Shown: in pieces, positions 37,933 to 50,803 of the stretch
Layout: each line of letters begins with the position of its first letter
How positions within the stretch are numbered: the first letter of the stretch is position 1
Assembly (NCBI GenBank): GCA_964106915.2
Contig: OZ066917.1
Length of the DNA: 64,000 nucleotides
Strand: one strand, 5' to 3'
Origin: Podarcis gaigeae
Taxonomy: Eukaryota
Translations under genes and position numbers: made by a program
Notes under the pieces: generated by a model
The model's input: only the letters and a program-made list of their open reading frames with translations
Told to the model about the DNA's origin: nothing
Database searches by the model: none

Positions 37933-39972
37933 GTAAGTATTTTTGACAAGAAAAGGCTAGCATTTATCTGTAAAGCTTTTTAAAACTGTTGATCATCTAT
38001 TGATGAGTGCAACAGCAGAAGCAGTTCTGCTCTTCTCAGGTTTACAAGACTTCTTAGTATTTTGCTTTGTCTTCCAGGATGCCTTGTGCACCCCATGGCT
38101 GAAATGCAAAATATTTAATTGAAAGTGAAAATATAATTCTGTGCGCTCTTGGGTGTTTTATTTGATGCATTTTGTCTTCTAAACTTTGTTTGATGCATAT
38201 AAAACTAAACATTAACCACCTTCAACAGAGGCAATTTTGGCATAAATCTACCCATTTCTATTATCCCCATGCATAATGTGACACAGTCCTCCTCTTCAGC
38301 CAAGTGATGCCAAAAAAATCTGCAGAGAAGGTGGGTTGCATTAACACCAATTCTGAGGATCGTTTAGTTCAGAGGTTGGGAACCTGTGGCCATCCAGATG
38401 TTGATGGACTGCAGCTCCCAGAATCCCTGGCCATGGGTCATATTGGCTGGGGCTGATGGGCATCCAACAACATCTGGAAGGTGTGGTTGTGTTTTTCAAT
38501 ATGTATCACATGATATATATCACATGCAGCATGTATCATGTGTTTCCCCATACGTCCATACTTCCCCGATTCCCACATAAGTTGTGACTTGGTAAGAGAA
38601 AGAAATACACATGAGCATTTGTTTGTATTTTTTCTCAAAATATGCATTTTAAATATATATATTTTTAAAAACTGAGAATTGTTTTGGAACATTTGGGAAG
38701 TGTGTTCGTCAGTGGAGAACCCCAAGTTCTTACCTGTACCTTACCTGGGAGGTGTGAATCAGGGCAGTTTCTGAAGAGAAGGAGCTTTCTCTTCCTGGCT
38801 TCTCTTACATATTATCTAGCAAAAGGATGCCCAAAAAGTGTCAGTATTTGAGAGTGTTTTGGTACCATTCTCCCAGTGCCCCAACCTTTTTAAACATCAG
38901 CATGTTGCTTCTCCCTCTCTTCCTCTGCCACATGTTTAATAAGTAGTTGTGGTTTTTCGAAATGTTTAAAACTCCTACCAGATACCCTTTCCAAATATAT
39001 ATTTTCCTAGTGCTTTTGTCATATTTGGCAATAGAAATGTGAAAATATCTGGCATTTGGCAGATGGGACTGCCCCCGTTTTTGAAGCTTCCCTTCATTCA
39101 TACTAATGAGCACCCACTTGCAATCGAGAGAGATCTTGGAGGATAGCCTTTAGAAATGAAATTCTTTCTGAGAATGCAAAGCTGCACTGCTGCAACTTGT
39201 TTAATTCTATGGTTAGGGTTTATAGATCATTCACATTATGTTCTCCCCTCCACTTATTCTCAAGTATTTGTGAGCAAACTGAGAAAAAATGCTTTTACCT
39301 GTTGGCATGCTGTTGTATATAAATGGAAGACCTTCAATTATGGCAATCTAGGCTACCAGGCTTGTGGGAGACTGAGCTGTTACTGTTTCTGAAGTTTTAT
39401 TTTGCTTCAGATACTGTATTTATAGGCAATTTTCCAACTTTGTCATAATGAATCTTCCTAAATTAAGACCTTTGGAGTCCATGCCTCATTCTTGGTGGGG
39501 CTAGTTCATCCATATAGCTCACCACCTGACAACCATCACATCAAGTGATGACATGCATGTGTGATTTATCTTAACGCCTTTCAGTAGAGTTAGTCCACAA
39601 AACCTTGGCAAGTAAGCAGTTGTGAGCTACTTGCCTGTGTGAACCACTCTGTTAGGACTGTCAAAACTGGAGGCAGGATATTGATTGAGTTCTGCCTTGT
39701 TAAAAATCTGCTTTGGGGAGACTTGGGTGCTGCCTGTCCACATAACACTGTGTAACTGTATCTGCTGCCAGCTGGACTAAGCCCAGCATTCAATTCAGCT
39801 CCAGTTTTGTATGCTGAACTGGTCAGTGCTCTAGTTGGACCTGCTTTTTAAGTGTATGAGGAATCTCCTGGTTGTGTAAATTGACCATGATGCATATGCT
39901 ACATATGTCTTTGTCCCAAGTCACATTTGTTTGTTCTTCTCTGTAGTAATGATGGGGGTGATGACTAATACT

Positions 39973-40551
39973 CATAGCTGTCAACTTGCAGATTTGAAAA
40001 TAAGGGACCAGCAGCCTTGAAAATAAGGGACCTGCAGCCTCACCTGTTCCAGGCACTCCAGTCTTCCTGTCCTCCTGTAGTCTGGTCAAACCCATGCTGG
40101 TAGCTTCAAGAACACTGTCCAACCAATTTTGTAACCAGAGGTTCAACTGAATAGAATCTGAATCACATGCACCACAAGGCCTATGCAGCCTCAACTTAAG
40201 ATGGCTCCCTGGCCTGGCTTTGCACTGCAAAGTTTGCAGCAGCACGTGCAACAAAATGGCGTCCAGCATTCAAAAACCCTCTCAGCTTGCATTAACTAGC
40301 CACACACAAGGCATGCAAGCTCCACCCCCCAGTCGTTCTTAGACTTCTTATTGGGGGAGCAACACAGCCAAGCAACACAGTTAAAGCCTCCCTCCTCCCT
40401 GGCCGGCAGGGAGGGAGGGAGGGAGAGGAGCTACTTCCTTTGAAATTTAAGGGACATCATTTAAGGGACATCCATCAATAAGGGACAGCAGCAGGACATG
40501 GTGCTGGAATAAGGGACTGTCCCTTCAAATAAGGGACACTTGACAGCTATG
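39973..40551. mobile_element. hAT MITE with subterminal TAAGGGAC repeats, containing a Bov-B fragment
   Basis: TIRs CATAGCTGTCAA / TTGACAGCTATG. Perfect 8-bp TSD CTAATACT at 39965-39972 and 40552-40559. Seven TAAGGGAC motifs lie near the ends. Confidence 0.9.
40048..40125 (-). mobile_element. Bov-B fragment
   Basis: Encodes WLDSVLEATSMGLTRLQE, homologous to about 7320-7400. Confidence 0.8.
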
Positions 40552-40999
40552 CTAATACTCCCCCCCCCCTTCTTTGTAGCAAAGTGTAGTCTTATCTTAC
40601 ATGGGTGGTGTTTACTTTTGTTCTGTCTGGGTAAGGGAACTGGTCCTTGCTTGGTCTGTACAACTTTTCTAAATGAGGAGCACAAGAGTTCCCCAGAAGC
40701 TTATTAGAGGCTATTCCCAATGAATTGGAATTCATGAATTCCCAAAATTGAAAATGGTGCATAAGCCTCTCTAAAAGACAACCCTGTCCGTCCCTTTCAC
40801 TAGTCTCTTCTTACAACGTGATGGTTGCATTCTCTGTGCAGTTGAAGCTGTGGTGAGGCCAGAAAAAGGTCTGGCCAGCAGTTCTTGTGAACCATGAGCT
40901 CTAAGACACTCCCAAATTCTCGCAATGCACAGGTGGGATTCCTTGGCAGGTAAGTCCAAGGATTCCCCGAAGGTAGAAAGTTGGAAATAACTTTTTTTA

Positions 41000-41362
41000 A
41001 AAAAAGTAAAGGTACCCCTGACCATCAGGTCCAGTCGTGACCTGATGGTGACCTAGGGTTGCGCGCTCATCTCGCTCTATAGGCCGGGAGCTGGCGTTTG
41101 TCCGCAGACAGCTTCCGGGTCACGTGGCCAGCGTGACTAAGCCGCATCTGGCGAGCCAGAGCAGCACACGGAAACGCCGTTTACCTTCCTGCCGGGTAGC
41201 GGTCCCTATTTATCTACTTGCACTTTGATGTGCTTTTGAACTGCTAGGTTGACAGGAGCTGGGACTGAACAACGGGAGCTCACCCCGTCGCGGGGATTCG
41301 AACCGCCGACCTACCGATCGGCAAGTCCTAGGCTCTGTGGTTTTACCCACAGCGCCACCCGC
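41000..41362 (-). mobile_element. Sauria SINE, near full length
   Basis: Reverse complement of the family pattern, from aaagtaaaggtacccctgacc to cacagcgccacccgc; CpG-rich. Confidence 0.93.
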
Positions 41363-41707
41363 ACAATACAAAACAGAAATAAATATTGTCTATGTATGCA
41401 ACTTCATGGTACAAACATTTTTGTGTAATTTTGTGTAATTACATTCTACTTTTTTGGCACTTATTTTCCCATGCTTAAAGATTTTTGTTTCTTTGTTTTA
41501 CATTTCCCAGTCTTTTGATACTTACGTGTACACATGCATAAGTTATATTTTTTATCAGTAGAAAAGCTGAGGCAAAGGCAGTTGTCATCTGTTTAATTGA
41601 TTCGTGTAATTTAAATGAGAGAAGCAGTACTTTGTAATTTTAATGCTTATGTTTAGCCCTAGAGTAAAATTGCATTATAAAACCTGGTAACTCTCATTCT
41701 TTTCTAG

Positions 41708-41777
41708 TCTAATTAACAAGATCAAACCTGGCATCATTAGAAAGATTAATCGTCTGTCAACACCAATAGCTGGGCTG
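41708..41777 (+). CDS. LMO7: LMO7 internal coding exon, CH domain part 2 (70 nt, phase 2 to phase 0)
   Basis: Acceptor ctctcattcttttctag and donor CTG|gtaagt. Completes the Asp codon GA|T, then reads LINKIKPGIIRKINRLSTPIAGL. RLSTPIAGL fits LMO7; the paralogue LIMCH1 has RLPTPIAGL. Confidence 0.96.
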
Positions 41778-44700
41778 GTAAGTCATAAAGTATATTTTTG
41801 TATTGTCAGTTTTGCTTTCTGGATTCTGTTTATTCGAATTAGCATTGGCAAATTGGATTTTTAGAGGTGATATTAATATAAGGTTTGGGTGCAGTACTCC
41901 CATCATTGTGTGCCCTCCCATCAGCCCCAGTATGGCAGGAGGTCAGGGATGATGGGAATTGTAGTCCAACAACATCTGGCTCCCCCTCTTGTTGTTTGCA
42001 TGTTACGGTATAGATTTACTAGATGTTCACAACATGTTCTTAATGTATTGATATTGGTAAAGCTATGCCAAGCCTAGTAATGTACAGCAATATTTTCCTT
42101 GAATTGGGTTTCATCTTATTCTTCATACCAACACAATTACTAAGCATTACTAATGTTGCCTTTAAAAGGATAGTCTTTTCTCTCTCTTTACTTCCTGCCT
42201 CCATATGCAACATCTGGGTCAAGTTTTAAAGTAACTTATCCAGTGTTTTATGCACTCCCACCATGATCCCCTATCTTTCCTCCAATGATGGTATTCATTT
42301 AAATGTAACAAACTCTCCTGCCATTGCTAAGCAAATAAATTATATTTTGAAACAGCAGATTAGTTTGTCACATTGCACCATTTGAAACAGAAAATGTATT
42401 TTTAATAGGGATAAGCAACTTCAGGTCTAGGGGCTCTTAACACTTCCTATGTTGGGCACATTATCTATTTCACCCCTGGGGGATACAGGAAAATATCTTT
42501 TTACACCACATTCCCTTGCGCAGTGAGTCAACATTTAGCCCTTCCATAGCAGGAAAAGTGACACTTGAACCAAAATAGACATTTTATGGCAGATTACCAC
42601 TGAAGAAAGGGTAAAATTGCTCCTCATCCAATCTGTGTAGCTGTTATCCAAATGCTCATTCCCTATGGCTGCTGCTTACCAAAGAAAATCATGTTGGGGC
42701 AGATCCATCATGGATGCCTCTGCAGCATCTAACGTGGTCCTCAGAAGATGAGGAGAACTAGAGAGCAGCTTTGTTGCTGATGGCATAAGTGCAGTGCAGG
42801 GTGGAATCAGAAGCCTTGGTATCTTAAGGCGAGCATCCGTGTTGTATGATGAGAGGGGCTGTACTAAGACACAGCTCTTCACCTACTGGAAGATGTTTGG
42901 GAGAGGGGAGGTATTGATAGCCAGCCTTTTTAGTTGTGTTAAAAATATCTCACGAGTTGGGAACGTGAGTTTCTGACCAAAATGTTTATAGGTAATAAAT
43001 TATTTTTAAAACAGAACAAAGAAGAGGTGAGTTCCCTCAGGTGAAGTAGTATTTTAATGCATTGGGCATGGTAGCTGGGATTATTTTTAGACCAGAACCC
43101 ATAGCATTCTTCACAGTACTGTTCGTCCCTAAGCACATTTGAATGTTATTTCTCTTGAAAATGTTTGGGGAGCGATTGAACGTTTTGAATCGGGCATTGT
43201 GTACTGCAGGAAGGGCAGCATTCCAATTAGCAAATTCCATCTGTGTGATGCTCTTTACACAAAAAAAGCATGCGGTGAAAGCTGGGCTTCTTAAGCTGCA
43301 AATAAGATGTGAAGCAAGCATTTCCACAGGAAAACTAAGAGTGTGTTGCTGGGGTGGGGTGGGGGTCGGGGAAGCTAAACTAAAAGACAGATAATATGTT
43401 CTGAAGTATGCATATCTAGGGTAAAGTAAAGGCCCCTCACAGGTAGTCCTTGCCATTTTAAAAAACCCACAATAATGCATGAGGGCATGGAACCAAACTT
43501 CTGCAGCAAAACATGCATTGTGATTGTGTTAGTTAGCTACACAAGTACGCCCAGTCCCAGTTGGTTGCAGAGATAGTCTGCTGTGACTTGGCATTGTATA
43601 GAATTGACAAGAAGAGGAAAAAAGTAAGCATATGTCCGTATACATCAGGAGTGAGGGCAATGCAAGGGCCACACTTCCTCTGGGCAAACTTTCAAGAGCC
43701 CCATGAGCAGGCAAAAATGAACACAGCAATGAATTACCTCTGTATCATTGTGTGTCTAGTTTCTGCACACATCTCTGTATCCACCGTCCCAACAAGAGGC
43801 ATTATCAAAATTCAAAGACACAATCCAACCAGCTGAAAGGTGGGTGGGTGGGTTGCCAGTGAGGGAAGTATTATGGGCTGGCTGTGTGTGATGGGGGAAT
43901 GTCCTGAAGATCAAATGGGGCCATATTTCGCTCCTGCAACTGAGATGTCTCCCTCCATCCCCTGCTGTACATATTTTCTTTTCTCCATACTGTATGTGCT
44001 GAAGCTTGTATCTCTGAGTGTTTTGTTAGTGCAATATATGTTCCATGCAGCCCACAAACAAATTTATAAATGGCAGCAAGGTCCTTTACAACAGGAAGGG
44101 TTTTCTGTCCCTGTGCTAGACAGTTGAATACTTTTCATGCACTTTCCTCTGTAGTGCTATTGTGCACACTTGCTGAATGTGGGTGTGTCCTGAGCTGTTG
44201 GGGATAATGTTCGCAGTGGAAGCACAAACAAGTCAACAAATGGTATTTGTGGATGATTAAACACAGCAGCGGAGCTAAGGCGTTCAAAGGTCATTGATGC
44301 CATAAAGGGTAAGCATACTTTTGCCTGCCCTGTTAAGAGATTGTTCTGTATTGTGTTTCCTCCTTACCACTGGAATTGCAGCTGGAACCACGGCAGGTCT
44401 GAACCACAAACCAGTTAAGCCAGAGCAAATAGTTTCTAGTGGGTGTAGCATTTTTGAGCATCAGGGCCCTGCAATGTTTTCAAGCTGAATTCTTAGTAAA
44501 TGTACTCCTGGCTAAAGTGTAGGCGGCAGTGCGTTGGCAACCCTGGCAATGGGCGGGTGAGGAATGTGCAACATTTGCCCTGCCCTTTACACTTCCTGGG
44601 CAGCTGTCTAGATTCAGGCAACTTTCAGCCTGTATTTCTTCTCCAACTCTGGTTTGACAAGTGAGTGTTTGTGTGATTTGCCACCACTGCTGTTTGTCAA

Positions 44701-45146
44701 CGTTCCCCTCTGTTAACAAAACTACCAAGTGTCAACAGAAGCACATACTCCAGAAGACTGTGCCGTTCTACAGAGTGATGTGTGTTCTGAGGTTTATAGC
44801 AATAAAAGCAATTATCAACTGTAGCAGCCTGTTCGCAGGAAGCAAATGCAGGAAATGTTTAATGGACTGAAAGAAACCTCCAAGCTTCGAATGAATCTCT
44901 GCACCTGTTATGTTTTCAGATAATATGATACCTTGAGAGTTAAACTGCTCTACTTCAATTCACATTGAAATCCTTTACCTTGCACCTGAGACACTCTAAA
45001 GAAATTAAGGGAATCATAGGTGGTAGCCTTGTATATATTCAGGCATTCTTAGTTGCCAATATCTCTCTAAAGTTGTCTTCTCCTATTCTGGCATTCTTAG
45101 GTCATATTACAAACTTTTGTTATTACAAAACGAAGGTCCACTAAAG

Positions 45147-45274
45147 GGAGTGGTGTGGGTGGTGCTGTGGTCTAAACCACAGAGCCGGCTCCCTCAGCCA
45201 GTAAAGCGAGATGAGCGCCGCAACCCCAGAGTCATCCATGACTGGACCTAATGGTCAGGGGTCCCTTTACCTTT
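45147..45274 (+). mobile_element. Sauria SINE with a large internal deletion
   Basis: Head ...GCTGTGGTCTAAACCACAGAG joins directly to CCGGCTCCCTC...CCTTTACCTTT. 14-bp TSD AAGG(T/C)CCACTAAAG at 45133-45146 and 45275-45288. Confidence 0.88.
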
Positions 45275-46217
45275 AAGGCCCACTAAAGTACTGATCTTAG
45301 CTCATCCCTTATTCCAAAACACTTTTATCAGTACCCTTATGTGAGACTTTCTTGGGCTCTTTCTGCTTGTATCCCAAGAGGAAGTAGGTTCTAGGGGAGG
45401 GAAAGGAGCCAGAAAAGGCACCACCAGAAGACTGTTAAACTGAAGACATAAAGATATTTTAAAAAAAATCAACCAGCCTTCCTGATCCCGGTATGTTCCA
45501 GGTGTTTTGAGCTACAACTCCCATCAGCTGTAGTCAGCATGGGGAATGGTCAGGGATGATTGTAACCCAAAATATGTTTGGTTCACCATGTTGGGAGTAG
45601 TTGTGTTACACAGCACTAATGTCTAAATGTCAGTAACCCATCGGAAGAGTTGGATAAGTCTTTTGAGGCCCTCTAGTTCAACCTCCTGCCTCAGTTTCAA
45701 GAAATTCCATGCTGAAATATCTCCAACAGATAGCTGCACATCCTCTGCTTGAAAATCTTGAGTGAGATAGAGTCCACCACCCCTTCTAGGTAACTGGTTC
45801 CATTGTCACACTGCTGTTGCTGTCAATAAATTTAGAATCAGGGAATTGTAAAGTCAGAAGGACCCAGAGTGTCATCTACTCCAATACCCTGCAGTGCAGG
45901 AAAACCTTCAGCCCACACCTATAATCTTTTAACTGAAGCCCATTCATTCTAGTCCTATATGTTTCTATAACCGTTGAAATTAAGCAAGATCCATCTAACT
46001 ACTGCATATTCCTCTCTTCCCCTGCCCCCCATGGCAACATTTTGTAAATTTATTCATTATTCACTCAGTTCCAATACAGATCACTTTTCACCACAGGAGG
46101 TCACATCACAAAATGGTTTGCATTTTTTATGTTTTGTCATCTCTGTCACTGTCTTAACTATTCTAAACCCTGGTTTTAAAAGGGTAATAAGCACAGACAT
46201 TTTGTATCTTTAGTAAA

Positions 46218-46514
46218 GGTAAAGGGACCCCTGACTGTTAGGTCCAGTCGGGAACGACTCTGGGGTTGTGGCGCTCATCTCACTTTATTGGCTGAGGGAG
46301 CCGGCGTACAGCTTCCGGGTCATGTGGCCAGCCTGACTAAGCCGCTTCTGGTGAACCAGAGCAGCACACAGAAACGCCATTTACCTTCCCACCAGAGCGG
46401 TACCTATTTATCTACTTGCACTTTGACGTGCTTTCGAACTGCTAGGTTGGCAGGAGCAGGGACCGAGCAACGGGCGCTCACCCCATCACGGGGATTCGAA
46501 CCACCAGCCTTCTG
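46218..46514 (-). mobile_element. Sauria SINE, 5'-truncated, inserted at the tail of the next copy
   Basis: 12-bp TSD ATCTTTAGTAAA at 46206-46217 and 46515-46526. Confidence 0.92.
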
Positions 46515-46526
46515 ATCTTTAGTAAA

Positions 46527-46864
46527 AGGTAAAGGTAAAGATACCCCTGCCCGTACGGGCCAGTCGTGTCCGACTCTATGGTTGCGCGCTCATCTCGCTT
46601 AAGAGGCCGGGAGCCAGCGCTGTCCAGAGACACTTCTGGGTCACGTGTCCAGCGTGACGAAGCTGCTCTAGCGAGCCAGCACCAGCGCAGCACACGGAAA
46701 CGCCGTTTACCTTCCCGCACTTAGGGGTGCTTTCGAACTGCTAGGTGGGCAGGAGCTGGGACCGAACGACGGGAGCTCACCTCGCCGTGGGGATTCAAAC
46801 CACCGACCTTGCGATCAGCAAGTCCTAGGCACTGAGGCTTTACCCACAGCGCCACCCGCGTCCC
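46527..46864 (-). mobile_element. Sauria SINE, full length, variant subfamily
   Basis: Ends ...cacagcgccacccgcgtccc. It lacks the tagataaataggtacc block and has a different 3' segment (ccgtacgggccagtcgtgtccgac). Confidence 0.9.
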
Positions 46865-48135
46865 TACTTTTCCCTAAATCAGACTGGGAGGGAACTTTCA
46901 TCTTGGCACAGTGGTACCTAAGGTTTGCAGGTCTTTCCCCCAAATCCTTCCGTCTGATGGAAGGGGGTGTCTCTGTTTCCTGCAGTTTGTTCACTTAGCC
47001 CAGGGATCAGTCTTTCTGTATTTGTCAGCTGTGCACCCCTGTAACTGAGAGAGGCAGCTGAAGCCAGATCAAAAGCAGGTTTGCCAAGGGTCATTAGGAA
47101 ATAGTAAGTACCGTAAGTGGCTGAACTGGTGAAAGAAGCATGCGACTCCCTTTGGCCGATGCGTAGAGCTGATTGCCCTGATATGTAACTTAATATGAAA
47201 TGCTTTGCATCCCTCTTCACTATATAAAATGTATGTGCCCAGTTCAGCACCAAGTAAAGGAGGAATTATGTGTCTTTTATATGCTTTGTATAATTCTCCA
47301 TTTTTAATCATGTGGATGGGCAAAGAGTTATGCTTAGTGTGAAAGTGTGCCCCAGACATGTTGGCTTTGTGATGTTGTCATCGTGAGCTACTTTTTAAAG
47401 ACAGTGTAAAGATTTAAATGTACTGTCTGGACTTTGAGATTTACTCCCTATTTTATATTGGTTTGAAGTGTTGGACTTTGCCTTCACATGAGGTTTACCA
47501 TCCCAAATACTATAACTGTGTCTACAGTAGGAGAAATGTGATTTGTGTGTGTGCAAGAGAAAGAGAGGGAGATTTTGAGTTTATAAATTATACCCTTGCA
47601 ATATCTCTGCTGGCTTTAGATGCAACAGATTAGGGGAAACTGGCCGCAAAAGAAGGCAGAAAATGTGGGAGGAGAGTTACAGTATAGTTGCACACTCTAC
47701 ACACAGGCTCCCCTGGCCTCTCCTTTGCTCAGGTAAAAAATTATGTGCACTGCTAAACTTGCTACCACACAGTGGTCTAGTTAGGCCTTCTCTATCAAAG
47801 TTGCATCAATCTTTAGTGCAGCCTGGAGAAAAGCAACTTTGGTTCTTCTCCTTTTTACATAGATGGAATGTCACAGTCAGCTGAGATTAGTGTCTGGGAA
47901 TTCTGGGCTTCCCACTCATGTGACCATCCGCCTGTTTCTCTCCATGCGCCATAAAGATAATTAGTAATTCTAATGCATGTGTGATGAATACTTAGTCACA
48001 AAGCCTTTTTGCCCTCTGAATGCAAAAACCAAAGCCAGCTATTTGTTGTGCTGTTTCTAATAAATGGAGTGTGAGTACCAATGTGCAGCTCTGACTCAGT
48101 TAACTACATGCACCTCCAAGCATGGAACTAAATTA

Positions 48136-48357
48136 CAGTGGTACCTCATCTAGCGTCCGCCTCGTCGAGCATCCATTCCGTCGAACGTCCACAGCAAACC
48201 CGGAAGTACTGGAATGGGTTACTTCTGGGTTTGCTGCATGCACAGAAGTGCAAACCGCTCCTCGCATGTGCGCAGACACGGCACTTTGCCCAGCGTCTTT
48301 TTCGGCCAGCGACCAGGGCTCCGGAACGGATCCTGGTTGCAAAACAAGGTCCCACTG
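48136..48357. mobile_element. Tigger-like MITE
   Basis: TA-CAGTGGTACCT ... AGGTCCCACTG-TA; internal palindrome GCAAACCCGGAAGTA / TACTTCTGGGTTTGC. Confidence 0.8.
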
Positions 48358-50769
48358 TAATTGTAGAATGCATAAGCTTTTATGGTCCAACATAATAAAT
48401 TCCCTATGTATGAAAAAGCTCATTTTATAACTCTGCAGATCTTGAGATTGTAGTCTGGAAGTATCCCTCACAATTTTGATTATTTATGATCCATAGGAGT
48501 TGAAGGGAGGTAAAGAAACACACACACACAAAATACAAAAGTGGCAGAAGTTCAGGTAATTCCAAATCATGAGAAATTTTTATTTTCTTCCTTGGTCTTA
48601 ACATTTATTATGTGCTCCAGTGTTTGAAAATGATCGTTATGTTTTAGTCCACATCTGCTGTAAAATTTGGGGCATGGCCATTGTGAAAAGTTGAGTTATG
48701 CTGCCACAGAAATATTAGTTAATGTTTGAAACATATAAACTGCCCTAATCCCTGTTTTCTGCAGGTGGATTTTTTTGGTCCAGGAAATTCTCCTTTGTTT
48801 CTAATGCCCTTTCTGAGACTCGCCTCTTGACTGAACATACTTTCTAATGAATGAAGATTGGTTTATTTAAAAAAAATTAAGCAGCAATTTCAAAAAGGAA
48901 ACACTGTTAAGACTTAGTCTTCCCCTGCATTTTTTTTTAACCACTGAAAGTTTTTGGTATACAAGGTGTGCTTTTAAAGGCCAGCCCCTCACTCTCAGCC
49001 TGAACTTCCTCACAGAGCTGTTATGAGGATAACATGGGAAGGAGGAGATTCTGTATTTAAACCACCATGAGCCCCTTGCAGAAAAGGTGGGGTGTTAGTA
49101 GCCACTGCTGCTACTATACACTTCCTAGTTGGATCTGTATGTGTCCTGGTTGTACTCTACTACAGCACTGCACCAGTGGCCCTTCTTTATAATTAGGGCA
49201 ATTGCTTCACTTTCTGATTCCAGCCAATTGGGACCATGCCAGTATGGAGCCAATCATGTGTAGCTGTATACGAAAGTCACAGCTCTTGAAGGGGGAGAGG
49301 AATGAATATTGGCCTCTTGCCGACAAAGCAACTGGGCAGAAACATTTGTCTTCGCATGGTGTGCTGGCAGAAAACTGCTCACCAGAACAGCATAGAAAGG
49401 CAAGAATACCAATCTGATTACGACCTGTAAAAAGAGCAAAAAGTGGACAGTGTCCTTTTTGGGGAACACTGATTTATGTGAAATCCGCACACACCAGTTT
49501 TGGCTCATCGGTAATAAGAACAGGTAGGGAAAGTATATACTAGGGGTGGGGGGTGGGGAATGTTAACTCTTGCATATAAGCATTATTTTGAAAGCAAATT
49601 AATAGGAACTGTACACTTGATTGAAGATAATGATATACCAGTGTAACAACTCGGAAAAGCATAAAACTAGTTTTTGTACTGTTGGGTATGCAAAAAACAC
49701 TTTGGAGATCTTGCAGGAAAGTGAATTGCAAAGAGAGTTGTGATAAGAAGTTGGGAGAGTTTCTGTTTCTAGAACTGCATTTTATGAAATTAGTAACAGC
49801 ACCCTCGTTTGCACATCGCATTGAAACATAGTTAGAAACAAACCTTGGTTTAACTTGAGTGAGCAGCATGATAGGCAGAACTTACTGCTGTGTGCCTTTT
49901 CCCACTCCTGTTCCCACATCATTGGGGAAACAAGCCAGTGGTTTACTCTCTCCCTTCCCACTGCAGTCATTTGTGGCAGGAGAAAAATGAACAAGCCCCT
50001 CCCACCCTCCCCATGCCCCCTTCTTCTGCCTTGACTGGCGTAAGCTGGCAGGGTTTTCGAACTGGTGGTTTTGCCTCAAAGGAATTCTTCCCCCTTCTCA
50101 GCTTCCATAGGATTGCTCTGTAAATATTCCAGTGCAAATACTTTTGGCTATTGGAATCTGAGATCAGCTTTGAGATCTTATGCAGTATGTAAAATTAACC
50201 GGGCGCACTGTAGATTACTTAATTAATATGTCAGACATGGTAAATCAGATTCCCAGTTACTTTACGGCACCATAACATTTACCAATTCATTTACCCCCAG
50301 AACATATTCATAGGGAGAAGACTGTCAGTGCCATTTTTAAGTAAAAACTGCTGTTGTAAACTGTCTGTACACGTGTGTGTGTGTGGGGGGGAATAGTCTG
50401 ATTTTCCTTCTAGATTGAGCATGGTCTTGCGAATGGCACAGCTGGGGTGGCTGCCCATATTCTAGTCCAGCTGATCTCTATCAAAGGCTTCCACAAGAAA
50501 TCTTACAGATTGTTAGAGTCCCCAGCTTCAGGTTGAGCTGGGATTTTTAAAATTCACATGGGACACTAAAATATGCTTTGGTTCCTCAGTCCTCTTGTAC
50601 AGCTAGAAGCAGGGACATTGGTAGAGTTAATCTTGCTTTCCATGAAACCTGCCTTGTTATACAAAAACCAAACATTGTGTTGTAAATTAATTCTGGCCAG
50701 TTACTTAACAAGCCAACTTCAAATCATAGGTTATGAAGCTAGCTTGTTAAACTAAGCAGATTTAAACAC

Positions 50770-50800
<31 letters not shown>
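50770..50800. repeat. (CAGA)n microsatellite
   Basis: Read directly. Confidence 0.9.

Positions 50801-50803
<3 letters not shown>

Noticed and set aside
40726-40741. Palindrome GAATTCATGAATTC
   Set aside because: A short isolated palindrome with no supporting context.
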